A program made the position numbers and the translations under genes. A stretch of DNA of 64,000 bases from Vicugna vicugna (taxonomy: Eukaryota), in assembly GCA_013265495.1 (NCBI GenBank), contig MU058065.1, positions 7,936,302 through 8,000,301 on the forward strand, in the 5' to 3' direction. The notes beneath the pieces were generated by a model. That model ran no database searches, was not told the origin of the DNA, and worked only from the letters and a program-made list of their open reading frames with translations. Shown here piece after piece: positions 12,376 through 24,455 of the stretch. Positions within the stretch are counted from its first letter, which is position 1. Each line of letters starts with the position of its first letter.

Positions 12376-13411
12376 ACAGTTAAAAGAATTGCAGGGTTTT
12401 TTTTCCTAAAATTAAATGAACTCCATACAATACATATCAGTTATGCATTAATTAGCACTTAAGGTTTTGATTTTAAAGTTTAGAACATAGAACATTATCC
12501 TTTAAATTCCTGGTCGTAAATATTCCGTAACATGGAGTTCATGTGACAATAAAAGAAATCGTGGGATCCTCAGTGATGAGAAAATGGGAGAACTTCTCAT
12601 TTAATACAACCTCTTAATTTTTCAGGGTCCAAAGTCGCCTGAAGACTTGTAAGGCACGGAACCTACCCACCCCATCCCATCCCCCGCTAAGGTAGAGGGG
12701 TTAGAATAGGAAAATAGCTCCCACACATCTTCAGGATGTGAGCAGATTCCTCTGGATGGGTGATGAATCTGGTCAGATGTGGGAATTCCGAGGTTTGGTA
12801 TCTTTTGAATCTGATTTGATGTCAAGCAAAACAACTGGGTGAAATACTGGGGGTGTGCCCCAGACCCACCTCCTTCCCTTGCTCACCATCATCAAAGTCA
12901 GCAGATGTCTATTAATAAGCACGTATGCCTGATGCTGCGCCGGGCTCTGTGCAGAGGGAATGCAAGATTCCCTGACCTCTGGGAGTGGACAAGCTCAGGC
13001 AAAGCCTTGCTGAGCCACTTCCAGGCAGCCCCAGGGAGGAATAGAGGGTGGAGGGGAGAGGAGGAGACAGGGGAGGGCCCAGGAGCCCAATCCGGAGGGG
13101 AGACCGAGAGCAAGGACTGTACCTGATAAGATCAGCCTGTGCTGCAGTCTTATAGGCTGCTTAGGGGTGGGGATGAATTAGCAAATCCATGAATTAAAGA
13201 CCTGTTTACACTTTTCTTTTAATGCTTCTCATTTGCTGGACAAAGTATCGCTTTGTGTTCCATCCAATGTATTCCAAGCTGACTCTCCAGGGAGAAATCT
13301 ATCAAATCCAAAAACTGCTTCATTTATTCATAGGCAATAACAGTGCCCCAATAAGGCTGAACCTTTTGAAAGCAGTTAGCTTTCAAAATGGTTGTTTAAA
13401 CACACAAAAAA

Positions 13412-13417
13412 ACACAC

Positions 13418-13448
<31 letters not shown>
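13412..13448. repeat. (CA)n microsatellite, interrupted
   Basis: Read directly from the sequence. Confidence 0.95.
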
Positions 13449-14169
13449 ACACCTCCCTGGATTTACAAATTGTGCTTCTTGCTATAGACCATGTCGCTGA
13501 TCTCCAGGGCTATATATGTAGGTCCAGGGTGAGGAAACCAAACATAAATGTAACTCCTTGTAAGGTGACCTGGGGGCCTTCCTGTAGGAGGTGTGGTTTG
13601 TCAGGAGCTAATTAAAAGTCCTAAGCTTTTCCTTGTTTGTGAATACAATTATGAAACTAAGTACTCAGAAAATGTAGGCATTCTTCTGGGAAGAGAAAAG
13701 TGACTTTCTGGTGTCTTACAGTCATTATACTGGGAAGAGCCTGAGAATTCTGTTTTCCTCACCCGTTGTCATTCTTTCCATCTACACATTTTTAGATCAA
13801 TTCTTAGAATCTCTAACACATGGCATTTATTTTCTCTTCTCCATTCAGGGTGGGGTGTGTTCATGGCTCTTCCCCAAGCTTCTCATCCCCCCTTCCTTAG
13901 CCTCTGTAGGGCCCAAAGGGGCCCAGAGTTTCCCCAGTTTTCCCTTTGACAAAATGTTATCCTGGAGCTCAGAAACCAGAAATTAAGCTAAATGAAACCC
14001 CTAACCTGTCCCTGGAGAAGGATGGGCTGCTGTGAGCCCAGAGGTTGCCTGCTCTGCTCCCCCAACTCTCCCCTCCCCCACTCCAAGCCCAGGCTCCTTC
14101 CACCCCGGGGGATGGAGATGGGCCCCCAGCCTCCCTCCGGTCACCCGCCTGGAGAAGCTAAAACAAACA

Positions 14170-14490
14170 GTCCTTTGGAAACTCAGTGAAAGAAAACGGC
14201 TGAGTCAGGCCTTCTGTTTAAATAGTCCCCACCTGTTCTCCCAGCCCTGGCCTCCCCCACTCCCACCCTGGGCTCCCCCACTTCCCTTTCTCTTTTCTTT
14301 CTTTTCCCCTTTGTTGCTCATTTTCAAAAGGGCAGAGTTGACAGCTCTCGCCTTGAGCAAAGCCAACCCCGGGAGCCAGCCAGGAGCCGCCTCGTGCTGC
14401 TGACCCAGCGCTGTTCCCCGTGGCTCCCCTTCCACAGCCTGCACGTGGCTGGGTCTGGTCATCGGGGAGGGGGAGAGAAAGCGGGGCTGT
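14170..14490. promoter_or_regulatory. Candidate enhancer or alternative promoter
   Basis: No recognisable repeat, GC-rich, about 9 CpGs in 14340-14490, AP-1 site TGAGTCA (~14200), AT box 'tttaaatag', SOX/TCF-like 'ctttgtt' and E-box CACGTG (~14441). Motif-level evidence only. Confidence 0.35.
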
Positions 14491-14879
14491 AGTCCATCCT
14501 GAAGCCTGTGGAAGGAAATGAGAGAGGGTGTGAGAGAGGACAAAGGAAGACAAGCAGACCTCACTGAGGGATGTGCCCCTTTGTTATCTGGAATCCTCAG
14601 GAGCCCTATGCACTCGATGCTGTTTTTTCAAAATAACTCCTTGGCATTGAAAGAAGTGCAATAGTTGCCCATATTCAGAACTGAGGAAATGTCCCCTAAG
14701 TGGTACAAGCTGAGTTAGAGACAAGCCCTAAACCCACTAATTGCCCTCAGAGCACGTGTGCAGTTTTCTAGAACTCCCCTGTACCACCTGGGAAGGCGAT
14801 GACCTCTCCAAGTCCATCGCTGGCTCTGAAAGTCAAAAGCCTCTTCTTCAAAGTTTCTTACAACTGCATGTGAATCTAC

Positions 14880-15655
14880 AGTTTTGAGAAAATCAGAGGT
14901 TCACGTGCAGTTGTAAAAAACAACACAGAGCGATCCCCTGTATCTTTTACTCAAGTCCCCCAGGGTAACAGCTTGTAAAATGATAGCACAATATCACAAC
15001 TAGGATACTGCTATTTATACAGTCATACATTTATACAGAACATCCCCAGCACCCCATGGGTCTCTCATCTTGCCCTTTTAGAACCATATCCCCCTACTCA
15101 GATCCTACTACTTCCTTAACCCTTAGCAACCACCAATTTGCTCTCCATTTCTAAATTTGTTATCTCAAGATTGCTATATAATGAAGTCATACAGTAGGAA
15201 AACTTTTGCAATTGCTTTTTTACATTCTGCATAATCCTCTAGAGGTTGATCCAAGCAGTTGTGTGTATCAAATGTGCATTCCTCTTTCTTGCTGAGTGGT
15301 TTTCCATCATATGAATGGATCACAATTTGCTTAACCCTTCATGTGTTGAAGGACGTCTGGGTTGTTCCCAGTTTTTTTTTTTTCATTTATTTATTATTGT
15401 TTTTTTTTTAATTTTTCTAGGGGAGGTGTAATTAGATTTGTTTATTTTTAGAGGAGGTACTGGGGATTGAACCCAGGACCTCGCGCATGCCAAGCCCACG
15501 CTCTACCACTTGAGCTACACCCTCCCCCCTGTTCCCAGTTTTTGCCTATTACAAAGAAAGTTGCTATAAACATTCATTTTTGTGTGACGACAAGCCTTCA
15601 TTTCTCTGGAGGAGATGCCAATTGCTGGGTCCTATGATATTGCATGCTTAGCAGT
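14880..15655 (-). mobile_element. L1MC-like LINE-1 fragment, split by a vic-1-type SINE
   Basis: 'ttcacgtgcagttgtaaaaaacaacacagagcgatccc...tagcacaatatcacaactaggatactg...gcaaccaccaatttgctctccatttct...gaaggacgtctgggttgttcccag...gctataaacattcat'. Confidence 0.85.
15377..15529 (-). mobile_element. Camelid tRNA-Ala-derived SINE (vic-1 type)
   Basis: 'ggaggtactggggattgaacccaggacctcgcgcatgccaagcccacgctctaccacttgagctacaccctcccc', T-rich tail, and perfect 14-bp TSD 'tgttcccagttttt' at 15363-15376 and 15530-15543. Confidence 0.93.
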
Positions 15656-15853
15656 ACACCTTTTAAAATTCTTCTCTAAAACTATTCCTGATGCATTTCT
15701 AGGAGTGTTCTGGGCTGGAAAGTGAGCAGAAGTAGAAGCTGGAAGTAGAAGGAGAGCGTCTTTGAGACATCAGTTCATGGAGCTGAGATGCTACCAAAAC
15801 ACACAGCCTGTGCCTGCACTGGATGGTGAAAGTGGACCAGGAGAAAAACCAAG

Positions 15854-16293
15854 TATGGAAGGCAGAACAATGGCCCCCAAAGATGCCCCTGCCCTAGTCC
15901 CCAGGCCCCTTGAGTTACATAGCAAAGAAGAATGAACGTTGCAGATGGAAGTAACGTTGCTCATCAGCAGATTCCAGATGGAAGAGTGCCCTGGATGATG
16001 CAAGCGGGGCCAGTGTTCTCACAGGTTCCTTAAAGCAGAAGAGGAGACTCAGAGAATGATATGGCTAAAGAAGTGCCTTCAGAAGATTCAACGTTGCTGA
16101 TTTTGAAGATGGGGAAGGCAACCATGAGCCAAGGAACGTGATGGCTCTAGAGAGAAAAGCAGTCCTGATTTTTCAGGCCAATGACTCTTGTGTCAGATCT
16201 CTGATTGCAGAACTAGAAGATAATAAATTCATGGTTTTTTAAGCCACCAAGTTTGTGGTAACTTGTTACAGCAGCAAATGGAAAGCTAATACG
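15854..16293 (+). mobile_element. MaLR solo LTR (MLT1D-like)
   Basis: 'ggcagaacaatggcccccaaagatg...ttgcagatggaagtaacgttgct...ttttgaagatgg...ttaagccaccaagtttgtggtaacttgttacagcagcaaatggaaagctaatac'; flanks ccaag/tcaag fit a 5-bp TSD (4/5). Confidence 0.9.
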
Positions 16294-17126
16294 TCAAGTG
16301 ACCTCTCCATGGGTTTCAGCTTTCAGAGTTCACCACCTCTGCTACTGAACAGAGCTTGTCTTATGAGGGGGGAGAAGAAAGAACAGGGGCCTTCTCTCAC
16401 GCTCAGTTCAAGACCCCTGGTCTCTCCATGTGTATCTACACACTTTCTGACTGTCCTTCCCCTTCCCACACCAGACATATCTGCTGTTCCTTTCCCCTGG
16501 ACCACCCCCTACCTCCTCCCAGCCTCTCTAGGCTTTATCCCATTCCTCTCCCAACATCTAAGGACTCTGAGAGCCTCCATCCAGCAAACTCAAACCTCAG
16601 CCCAGTCTGACCCATGAAAAAGACTTAAAGAAGTTTTGGGATTTGGAACTTGTCCATCCACTAGGATCTAGCACTTAATTAATACAAGCCCATGGGCCTT
16701 GCCGATCTTACAGCCAGATACGACTCTGCAAAATCAGGCATTTGGTGTTTCATCAGCTTATTAATGAGCTGGGCTTTCCCCCGCCCCCCGATAATGACCC
16801 TAGAAAGCAATGAGCCCAGAGTGTGGATAAAGGAGATCCAGAGAAATAGCATCAAAACAACCCTTTCATGAGGACACAAAATTGAAGTGACAGTTCCCTA
16901 AATGAGCAGTGCTTAAGTGAGGAGTGAATCAGAATCACCCAGAGAAATTTTTTTGACTTACACATACATTCCACCCTAACCATCTGAAAGCACACACAGT
17001 AGAGATTTTTCTCTACCTCACCAGAATTATCCTGATTTTATGAGGACCTAGCCTTGAGAGCTTAATCTGTGAGGGCATCAATACAAACCTAAACAATATG
17101 CAGATACATACCTACAAACCACCCCA

Positions 17127-17161
17127 AAACACACAAATACACACACTCACACACACACACA
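17127..17161. repeat. (CA)n-rich microsatellite
   Basis: Read directly from the sequence. Confidence 0.85.
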
Positions 17162-17779
17162 TTTATAATTTGATCCACTATTTTACCATCTAGTTAAGCT
17201 TTGGCATGAAGCCAAAACTAAGAAGCTGGTCTGAGCAAGAAGATTTCTCTAATTAGTGGTCTCCCCCCAGCTAAGCCCTCTCACTGGAATGTGGCATTCT
17301 TCATCCTAGCCTGTTTCCCCATTTTATACATAGGGATGGACAATAGAAGTTAGGAGAAAAAAAAAAGGAATGGATGAATTGTCACAGCCCCAGAAACTTC
17401 CAGAGATACCAAAGAAAATATCATACTGACAACAAGACCTCTGGAACACCAAGAATACCTCACTCATTCATTTTACAAATATCTGTCCATCAAAGACATA
17501 TGAAGTGTCATCCCAGTTCAGACAAAAGGTGCATGAGCCCAGTGCCACAAGCTCTCTGACCATATGCTGGAGCCAGCCATCATAGGCTGGGACAGTGGCA
17601 CTTGACCAGTATCCCCCTGACCTTCACGAGTAAGGCACCACATCTGAATAAGTGCAATACTTGTTTTAGCTGCACTTGAGTATACACACTGGTAGGGCAG
17701 TGATGGTCACATGGTTCTTTGAGCTGACTCTGTTGTGTAACTCCATTTAGCAGGTACAGTTTGCCGTGTGTAAGGGGAT

Positions 17780-18175
17780 TGTCTTAATCTGCTTATGCTG
17801 TCATAACAGAAAATCATAGACTGGGCAGCTTAAAGAACACACGTGTATTTTCCCACAGTTCTGCAATCTGGAAGTTCAAGGTCCCCGTATGGTCGAGTTC
17901 TGGTGAGAACCTTCTTTCTGGCTTGCAGATGGCTGCCTTCCCATTAAGTGCTCACATAGCCTTTCCTTGGTGCCTGCACATGGGGAGAGAGAGAGAGAGC
18001 TGGTCTCTCTTCCTTTTCTTATAAGGACACTAACCCCCGTCATGGGTGCCCCACCCTCATGACTTCATCTAAACCCAATGACCTCCCAAAGGTCCCATCT
18101 CCAAATACCAACATATTGGGAGTTAGGGCTTCAACATATAAATATGGAGGAAACTCAAACACTTAGCCCGTAACA
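17780..18175 (-). mobile_element. MaLR solo LTR (MST/MLT1A-like)
   Basis: TG...CA termini; 'cacagttctgcaatctggaagttcaag...ggcttgcagatggctgccttc...ttataaggacactaa...cctcccaaaggtcccatctccaaatacc'; flanks gggat/gggac (4/5 TSD). Confidence 0.92.
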
Positions 18176-18448
18176 GGGACAGAGTTAAGTTCTGAGGAAG
18201 GAGTGTATGTTCAGTGGAACATGTAAGAACACACTGGAGAGAATGTAACAGAGTGTCAGGGTAAAAAAGAATTCTACTCATAAGGACCACAGCATTGAGA
18301 AGAACACAAGCCATTTATGAGAAGACTGGATGCTTTTACAGACACTGAAAGATATTATTATACTCCTGTTGGTGACTGCATTGAAGTCATTCATGGTTCA
18401 TTAAGTGCTATCTTGAGATCTTTAATCACATCAAGTGCAAAAAGGCTG

Positions 18449-19642
18449 CTCAAAAATGTTCTTCTAGGACAGTCTACCCAAGCAATAGAAACAAAATCAA
18501 GAATAAACAAATGGGACCTAATTAAACTTACAAGCTTCTGCACAGCAAAAGAAACCATAAGTAAAACAAAATGACAGCCTACGGATTGGGAGAAAATTTT
18601 TGCAAATGAAACCGACAAAGGCTTGATCTCCAGAATATATAAGCAGCTCATAAGACTTAATAAGAAAAAAACAAACAGCCCAATCCAAAAATTGGCAAAA
18701 GACCTAAACAAGCAATTTTCCAAGGAAGAAATACAAATGATCAATAGGCACATGAAAAAATGCTCAGTATCACTAATTATCAGAGAAATGCAAATCAAAA
18801 CTACAATTAGGTATCACCTCACACCAGTCAGAATGGCCATCATTCAAAAATCCACAAATGACAAATGCTGGAGAGGCTGTGGAGAAAAGGGAACCCTCCT
18901 ACACTGCTGGTGGGAATGCAGTTTGGTGCAGCCACTGTGGAAAACAGTATGGAGATTCCTCAAAAGACTAGGAATAGACTTACCATGTGACCCAGGAATC
19001 CCACTCCTGGGCATATATCCAGAAGGAACCTTCCTTCAAAAAGACACTTACACCCCATTGTTCATAGCAGCACTATTTACAATAGCCAAGACATGGAAAC
19101 AGTCTAAATGTCCATCAACATGGAACATGTCTTTATCCAGATGACTGGATAAAGAAGAAGTGGTATATTTATACAATGGAATACTATTCAGCCATAAAAA
19201 CTGACAACATAATGCCATTTGCAGCAACATGGATGGTCTTGAAGAATGTCATTCTAAGTGAAGTAAGCCAGATAGAGAAAGATAAATACCATATGAGATA
19301 ACTCATATGTGGAATCTAAAAAAACCAAAACATAAATACAAAACAGAAACAGACTCATAGACATAGAATACAAACTTGTGGTTGCCAAGGGGGCAGAGGG
19401 TGGGAAGGGACAGACTGGGATTTCAAAATGCAGAACAGATAAACAAGATTATACCATATACCACAGGGAAATATATACAAGATCTTATGGTAGCTCACAG
19501 TGAAAAAAAATGTGACAATGAATATATATGTATGTTCATGAATAACTGAAAAATTGTGCTCTACACTGGAATTTGACACAACATTGTAAAATGATTATAA
19601 CTCAATAAAAAAATGTTAAAAAATAAAATAAAATTTTTTACA
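18449..19642 (+). mobile_element. 5'-truncated camelid-type LINE-1 (relatively young)
   Basis: ORF2 3' end, 3' UTR, AATAAA/A-rich tail, and perfect 16-bp TSD 'aagtgcaaaaaggctg' at 18433-18448 and 19643-19658. Confidence 0.97.
18450..19260 (+). pseudogene. L1 ORF2p C-terminal remnant (cysteine-rich domain), disrupted
   Basis: Translations '[18 protein letters not shown]' and '[45 protein letters not shown]' are L1 ORF2 motifs. Broken by a TGA at 18572-18574 and by an insertion near 19120; no 5' portion. Confidence 0.93.
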
Positions 19643-20314
19643 AAGTGCAAAAAGGCTGGAAGCCACCAATTCAGGGACAAACTCCTACTCCACTAACTTT
19701 ATGTAGACTTTTCTGTGACCTACCTGGACCAGCTTTGGAAGATAATCATCTCCATAGAAGGTAGTAATGACTCTGTAAAGTGTGTGTCCTTTTAAATTCT
19801 TTTATAAAATTACCTACTCCTTGCTTCTAGGGATGTTCCCTTCTTCTCATAGGGAAGTGTTGAAAATTATATCCATGTTTGTCTCATTCCAATGCTGGAT
19901 TGCTTCATAAACAAGCACCATGTATATAACTCCTCAGCCTCCACATTTTCAGCGTGAAGAATCCTCTGTAAAAGCAACCAGCATGTCTTCCATAAGCTGG
20001 ATCATTGGGTGAGCCTCTCTATTGTTTTTACTTGAGACCCAGCCAGTAGCATGTTTTGGCACCACTGTTTGTATGCGGAGGGCAGGGCCATGACTTCTGG
20101 TTTCAATATCCTTCTTGACAGAGCTCAGCATCGTGTTGGCTTTCCTTCTGCCACACCTACTGGCCGTGTCTTCGGGAAACAGTCTGCAAAGACTCTTAGT
20201 TTCTGTTTTTAGGGCTGTAAAATTCCAATAAAAGTTAAAGAAGTCCTGCCTGACCCTAAAAAGTCACGGCAAAGAATTTCCCACCTCTCAAATATGTGTA
20301 GTGAATTTAACAGA

Positions 20315-20660
20315 TTTTTTTTTATTACAAAAGCAACACATGTTCACTGTCACAATCTGCAAAATAGAGAAAAAGCACAAAAGAAAGTAAAACTATTGTG
20401 TGTATCTGCATATAAATATTTTAACATATGAAGATCATACCATCTCTAACCTGCTTTTTGATATATCAATAAGACATGAACATTTCATCCTGTCAATTAT
20501 GTACATCACTGCCAACATAATTTTTAATGGTAGTTGGCATACTACATCCTATGTATCATGATTTATTAAACCTATACTTCATTGTTGGCTATTTTGTCCA
20601 TTTCTAAGTTTTCACTAAACTGTCCTCTTAAAAGTGTTGCATATTGATCCTCATCTATAA
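20315..20660 (-). mobile_element. Ancient L1 (L1ME-like) fragment
   Basis: 'ttattacaaaagcaacacatgttcactgt...aaaatagagaaaaagcacaaaagaaag...tttttaatgg...catgatttattaaacc...attgttggctattt'. Confidence 0.6.
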
Positions 20661-22169
20661 TTCATTACAAAGGAAAAGGTTATCAAACATAATGTGATCC
20701 TTAAGCATGCTAATTTCATGATTGTGGACAAGTAGCTAATTGACTTCCGTTTAAGCCAATAACTGTGATAGGTGCAAGGAGAAAAATCAAAGGAAGCTAG
20801 AGAGACTCAGATGAAAGCCTGAAGATGGTGTTGCTCCAATGGATTTGGAGAAGTAAATGTAAGTACATCAACCAACTAAATGATTATTCATCAAATCTAA
20901 AGTGCATTCATTGTAAGATGCACCATTTCATTTGGGTGCCACTAAGGAAAGAAAAGAAGCCGCCAAAGCCATCATTTGTAACCAGCATTCAGCTAGTTCT
21001 GTAGACCAAAGGCTCAGGGAAGAAAGCCTTACCAAAGAGACGCTGGGCAGGAATCAGATCTGGGTTGGCAGGACTAATTGGGTGGCCAAGTGTAACGCAG
21101 TTTCACCCTAAAAGCAAGGTCTATGTTAGAACATGAGCCTCCAGATTTAACACACTACACTTTAATCATCACCTATTCACAGATTCCTGACTTCACCAGG
21201 TTGTTTTACCCTTCTGTACCTTTTCAAGAACAGTTCTCTCTGCCTGAAACACCCCGATTCGTCCAGAAAATGCGACTCAAGCCTCACTTCCTTGGGGACC
21301 TCCCCTGACTTCCCCTAGGCGGAGATGGAGCCACCAGCACCAAAGAAGGGGATCACTCTCCTTGGACCCACCACTGACTTCACATACCAGCTCCTGGCCC
21401 TCCCAGAGAGCCAAAAAGCTGGGCAAACGTAGAACCCACAAAAAGGTGCCTGGACACCAGGATCTTGTCTGATTGTCAGGACAGCTTCTCACAGCCTGGC
21501 GGCCATAACCTGCAGCACTGTAACTCTTAGCTGTTTGAAGACACTCCAAGGATTTCATGAGGCAGGCAGAGCCCCAGCTCTGCGATGAGTTCTACTGACA
21601 TTTTACTACACAGTTAACTTTACCTATGCAATGAAACCACAGAACTGGGGAGAGCGGTAGTCCCCTGCATTCTGCCAGTTTCCCCTCCCGTCAAAGCAGT
21701 AAAAAGCCTCAACTTTCAGAGCACAGGCTGCCGAGTCTTGGCCTGTCCTCCAAGCTATGCTTGTAGACCCTCTGTCCTCACCTCTGCATCCCACAGCTTA
21801 CTTCTCATCTCCAAGGCTCACTCACTAAAGTTCAAATCGCTCAGTTTGTTTTTTTTCACAAAAAGCAAACCCTGCCTTAGGAATAAACTGTGCACAAAGC
21901 TTGGGCCTGCAGACAGCTCTCCCACTAATCCCAGAGTTAAGATCTCAGACTCCCAGTGTACTCAGCTGCCAGGCTGGCAGGATCATTTCAAATTCCTTTT
22001 GGCGGGAAAGGGAAGTTTCTATTTGGAGACTTGGCTAGAAGCAGATCAGTTGCATTCCTCAGGACCTGTAGCAATTTAGGAACTACGCTGTTTAACTATT
22101 TTATGCCCACTCCCTTGTGGCCAGCAGTAGTCCTAGGCACACCATGTTTCAATGAAGAATTTGCCTAGG

Positions 22170-22272
22170 AGTTTCTGGAGGCCGGGAGCCATGTCTCTAT
22201 TGTTTTCGAATGCATGGTGCCTGCAACCCTCAACAGGTATTTGTTTAAATGAACGAATGCATGAATGAATAA
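22170..22272 (+). mobile_element. L2 3' tail
   Basis: 'ggaggccgggagccatgtctc...atggtgcctg...tatttgtttaaatgaacgaatgcatgaatgaat'. Confidence 0.65.
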
Positions 22273-22909
22273 ACAATCACTGAGGTTGATTCAGATTGGG
22301 TATAATTTACCATCTCTTAAAGAGTTCTGGGCACTGAAGGCTGAGTTAATCATGTCATACCCTCCTCCGCTGTGTACCATCCTCATGTGACTACCTCTCC
22401 TTGCAAGCTGCTTCTCTCTGTCCATTGGTTTCTTTCTCTGTTCCTTTTTCTCACTGTTCCCCATTCCCAGACTCTCTCCAGCCCCCAACCAAGCACACGA
22501 GGGTTAAATAAGCAAACCACCTACCCACATAAAGTTTGTTCCAAAGATGGCTTCATATGCTAGTAAAGTCACTTGGCAAAGTTAAACAGCTGAAGAGAGA
22601 TTGTGCAGACAGTGCAAGAATGCAGGAAATAAAACAAGACAGAAGGCAAAGACCTCCAGGTTGAAGTCTTTGGAGGACAGCCCAGCCTTGGCTGCCCCAC
22701 CACTTCATTTCCTGGGGCAGCAACCCCTAAAGTTATCTGGAGCTCACATTAAGGAGTCTTCTCTTTTGGGGTACCAGTGATGTTTCTCCATGCCATTCCC
22801 ATAGTCTTCCTTCTTCTCATCAGACAGCATTCCATGACTCAGCAATCTAGGATTTTCATCTCTGAGGGTGGACTTTTGTCTGTGTCTACCAAGTGCCAAT
22901 CACCAGAGC

Positions 22910-23295
22910 TATCAGTCAGGATGGACAGGCAGATTATGCTCTGTAACAACCCCCAAACCTCAGAGGCTTAAAACAACACAGACTTGTTTTATGCCACATG
23001 TGCATTGCAGATCTGCTGCAGGACTTCACCTCTCCTCCCTCCAGGATCCAGTCTGAGATGATCCAGGTCACCATCATCTCAAACATTATCAGTATCAGTG
23101 ACAGAGGGTGAAGGGGAAAGAGCATTGTGAATATCATTCCCACAGTAGCTTTTAAAGCTTCTAACAGGAAGTGAGACTCATCACTTCCAGTCACATTCAG
23201 CTGGCCAAACCGAGTCACGGGCCACGTCTGGATCCAAGTGGGCAGGGAAGGATAACTCTACCCCAAACATGTAAACATCCCTAAAGACCACCACA
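22910..23295 (-). mobile_element. MaLR solo LTR (MLT1I/J/K-like)
   Basis: 'tatcagtcaggat...ttatgctctgtaacaacccccaaacctcagaggcttaaaacaaca...ggaagtgagactcatcacttcc...cacattcagctggccaaa'. Confidence 0.8.
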
Positions 23296-24264
23296 GACTG
23301 TGTCTTCCATGGAGTTGAGGATCGATTAATCTGCTTGACAGGGAGAAAAAACTCAATTAGTTGCCCCCTATGGTAAGGGTAGGGAGAAGACCTTTGTCTT
23401 ACAGAAAGTAGGTAAGACATAGGCATGATAGTGAGAAGGCAAATGAGCATCGAATTGTTCTACATAAAAGAAAAATGAGCCCACGGGAAGGTCCAGGAGT
23501 CCTGAGTGGGTGAAGGAAGCTTGGACTCTCTTTGGGGCAGGAAAACGGAAACAAAAAGGGAGCGTTTGTAGAAAGAGAGAGAAATAACACAATAGCCACC
23601 AGAAAGAGAGCGGAGATGGTTAGGGTTTAGAATGTTTTGTTATATGGGAAGGAATATACCCTCTCTGGGCATCTCTCCTGCTTTAGGAGTGTGATTTGAT
23701 GGTTTTAAAAGCGACAACATGCTGAGGCTGGTCTCAGGGCAAACACAAGACAAGGCCAGAGCTGCCAAGGAGGCCCGTCACTGTCTACAGGCCAAAGTCA
23801 AGTTTCATTTCGTTTTGTTTTCTTGATCTGGCTCCAATGTACCTATCCTTTATCCTACACTGGGACCAAGTGCCTCTCCAGGGGCGCTACACTCTACCCC
23901 CTCCCCACCACGTGGGCTGCATGGCAGGTCCCACCCTTAGACCTTCCTTCTTACTATCTTACCCACCTCCTAAGCCCCAGTCCCAAGGTCCACTTCCCAT
24001 CTCTCCATCTGTCAAAATCCTCTCCTCTCTTTAATCTACATCTCAAAGGCTATTGTTCCATTGAAACATAAGATGAGGTTCTCACTCCTCTCGGTGCCAC
24101 GGCCACCCCTTCCACAAAAAAAAAGTCAATACTAAAATTACTGGTTGGCACACTCTCCCCTAAAAGACTGTGAGACTCTCAAGGGCTGGGGGTAATTTCT
24201 ACTTAGATTAATTTTTTGTCCCCACCCCTTATCCCAGGTTGCAACATGAAGTAACAACCATGAT

Positions 24265-24455
24265 GACATGTAGTAGAAACATGTGGTGGACGACATTCAT
24301 CAAGCCCTTGTGGGTTGGCTCCTGTGCTCAGGGCTTAAAGACGTCATCTTTTTATCTGTACAGCCATCCTGGAGAGTGCTTTTAGCCTTACTTTAGAGAT
24401 GAAGAAATAAGAGGCCCAGAGAGAGTAAGCAATCAGCTTCAAATCACACAGCTCT
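24265..24455 (-). mobile_element. MIR SINE
   Basis: 'ttactttagagatgaagaaataagaggcccagagagagtaagcaatcagcttcaaatcacacagct'. Confidence 0.7.

Noticed and set aside
12416..12542. 11-bp inverted repeats 'atgaactccat'/'atggagttcat' as MITE termini
   Set aside because: No TSD, and an 11-bp IR at this spacing is expected by chance in 64 kb.
18391..19579. Minus-strand hydrophobic ORFs (18391-18798, 19048-19230, 19355-19579)
   Set aside because: Antisense shadows of the L1 ORF2/3' UTR, a common source of spurious hypothetical proteins.
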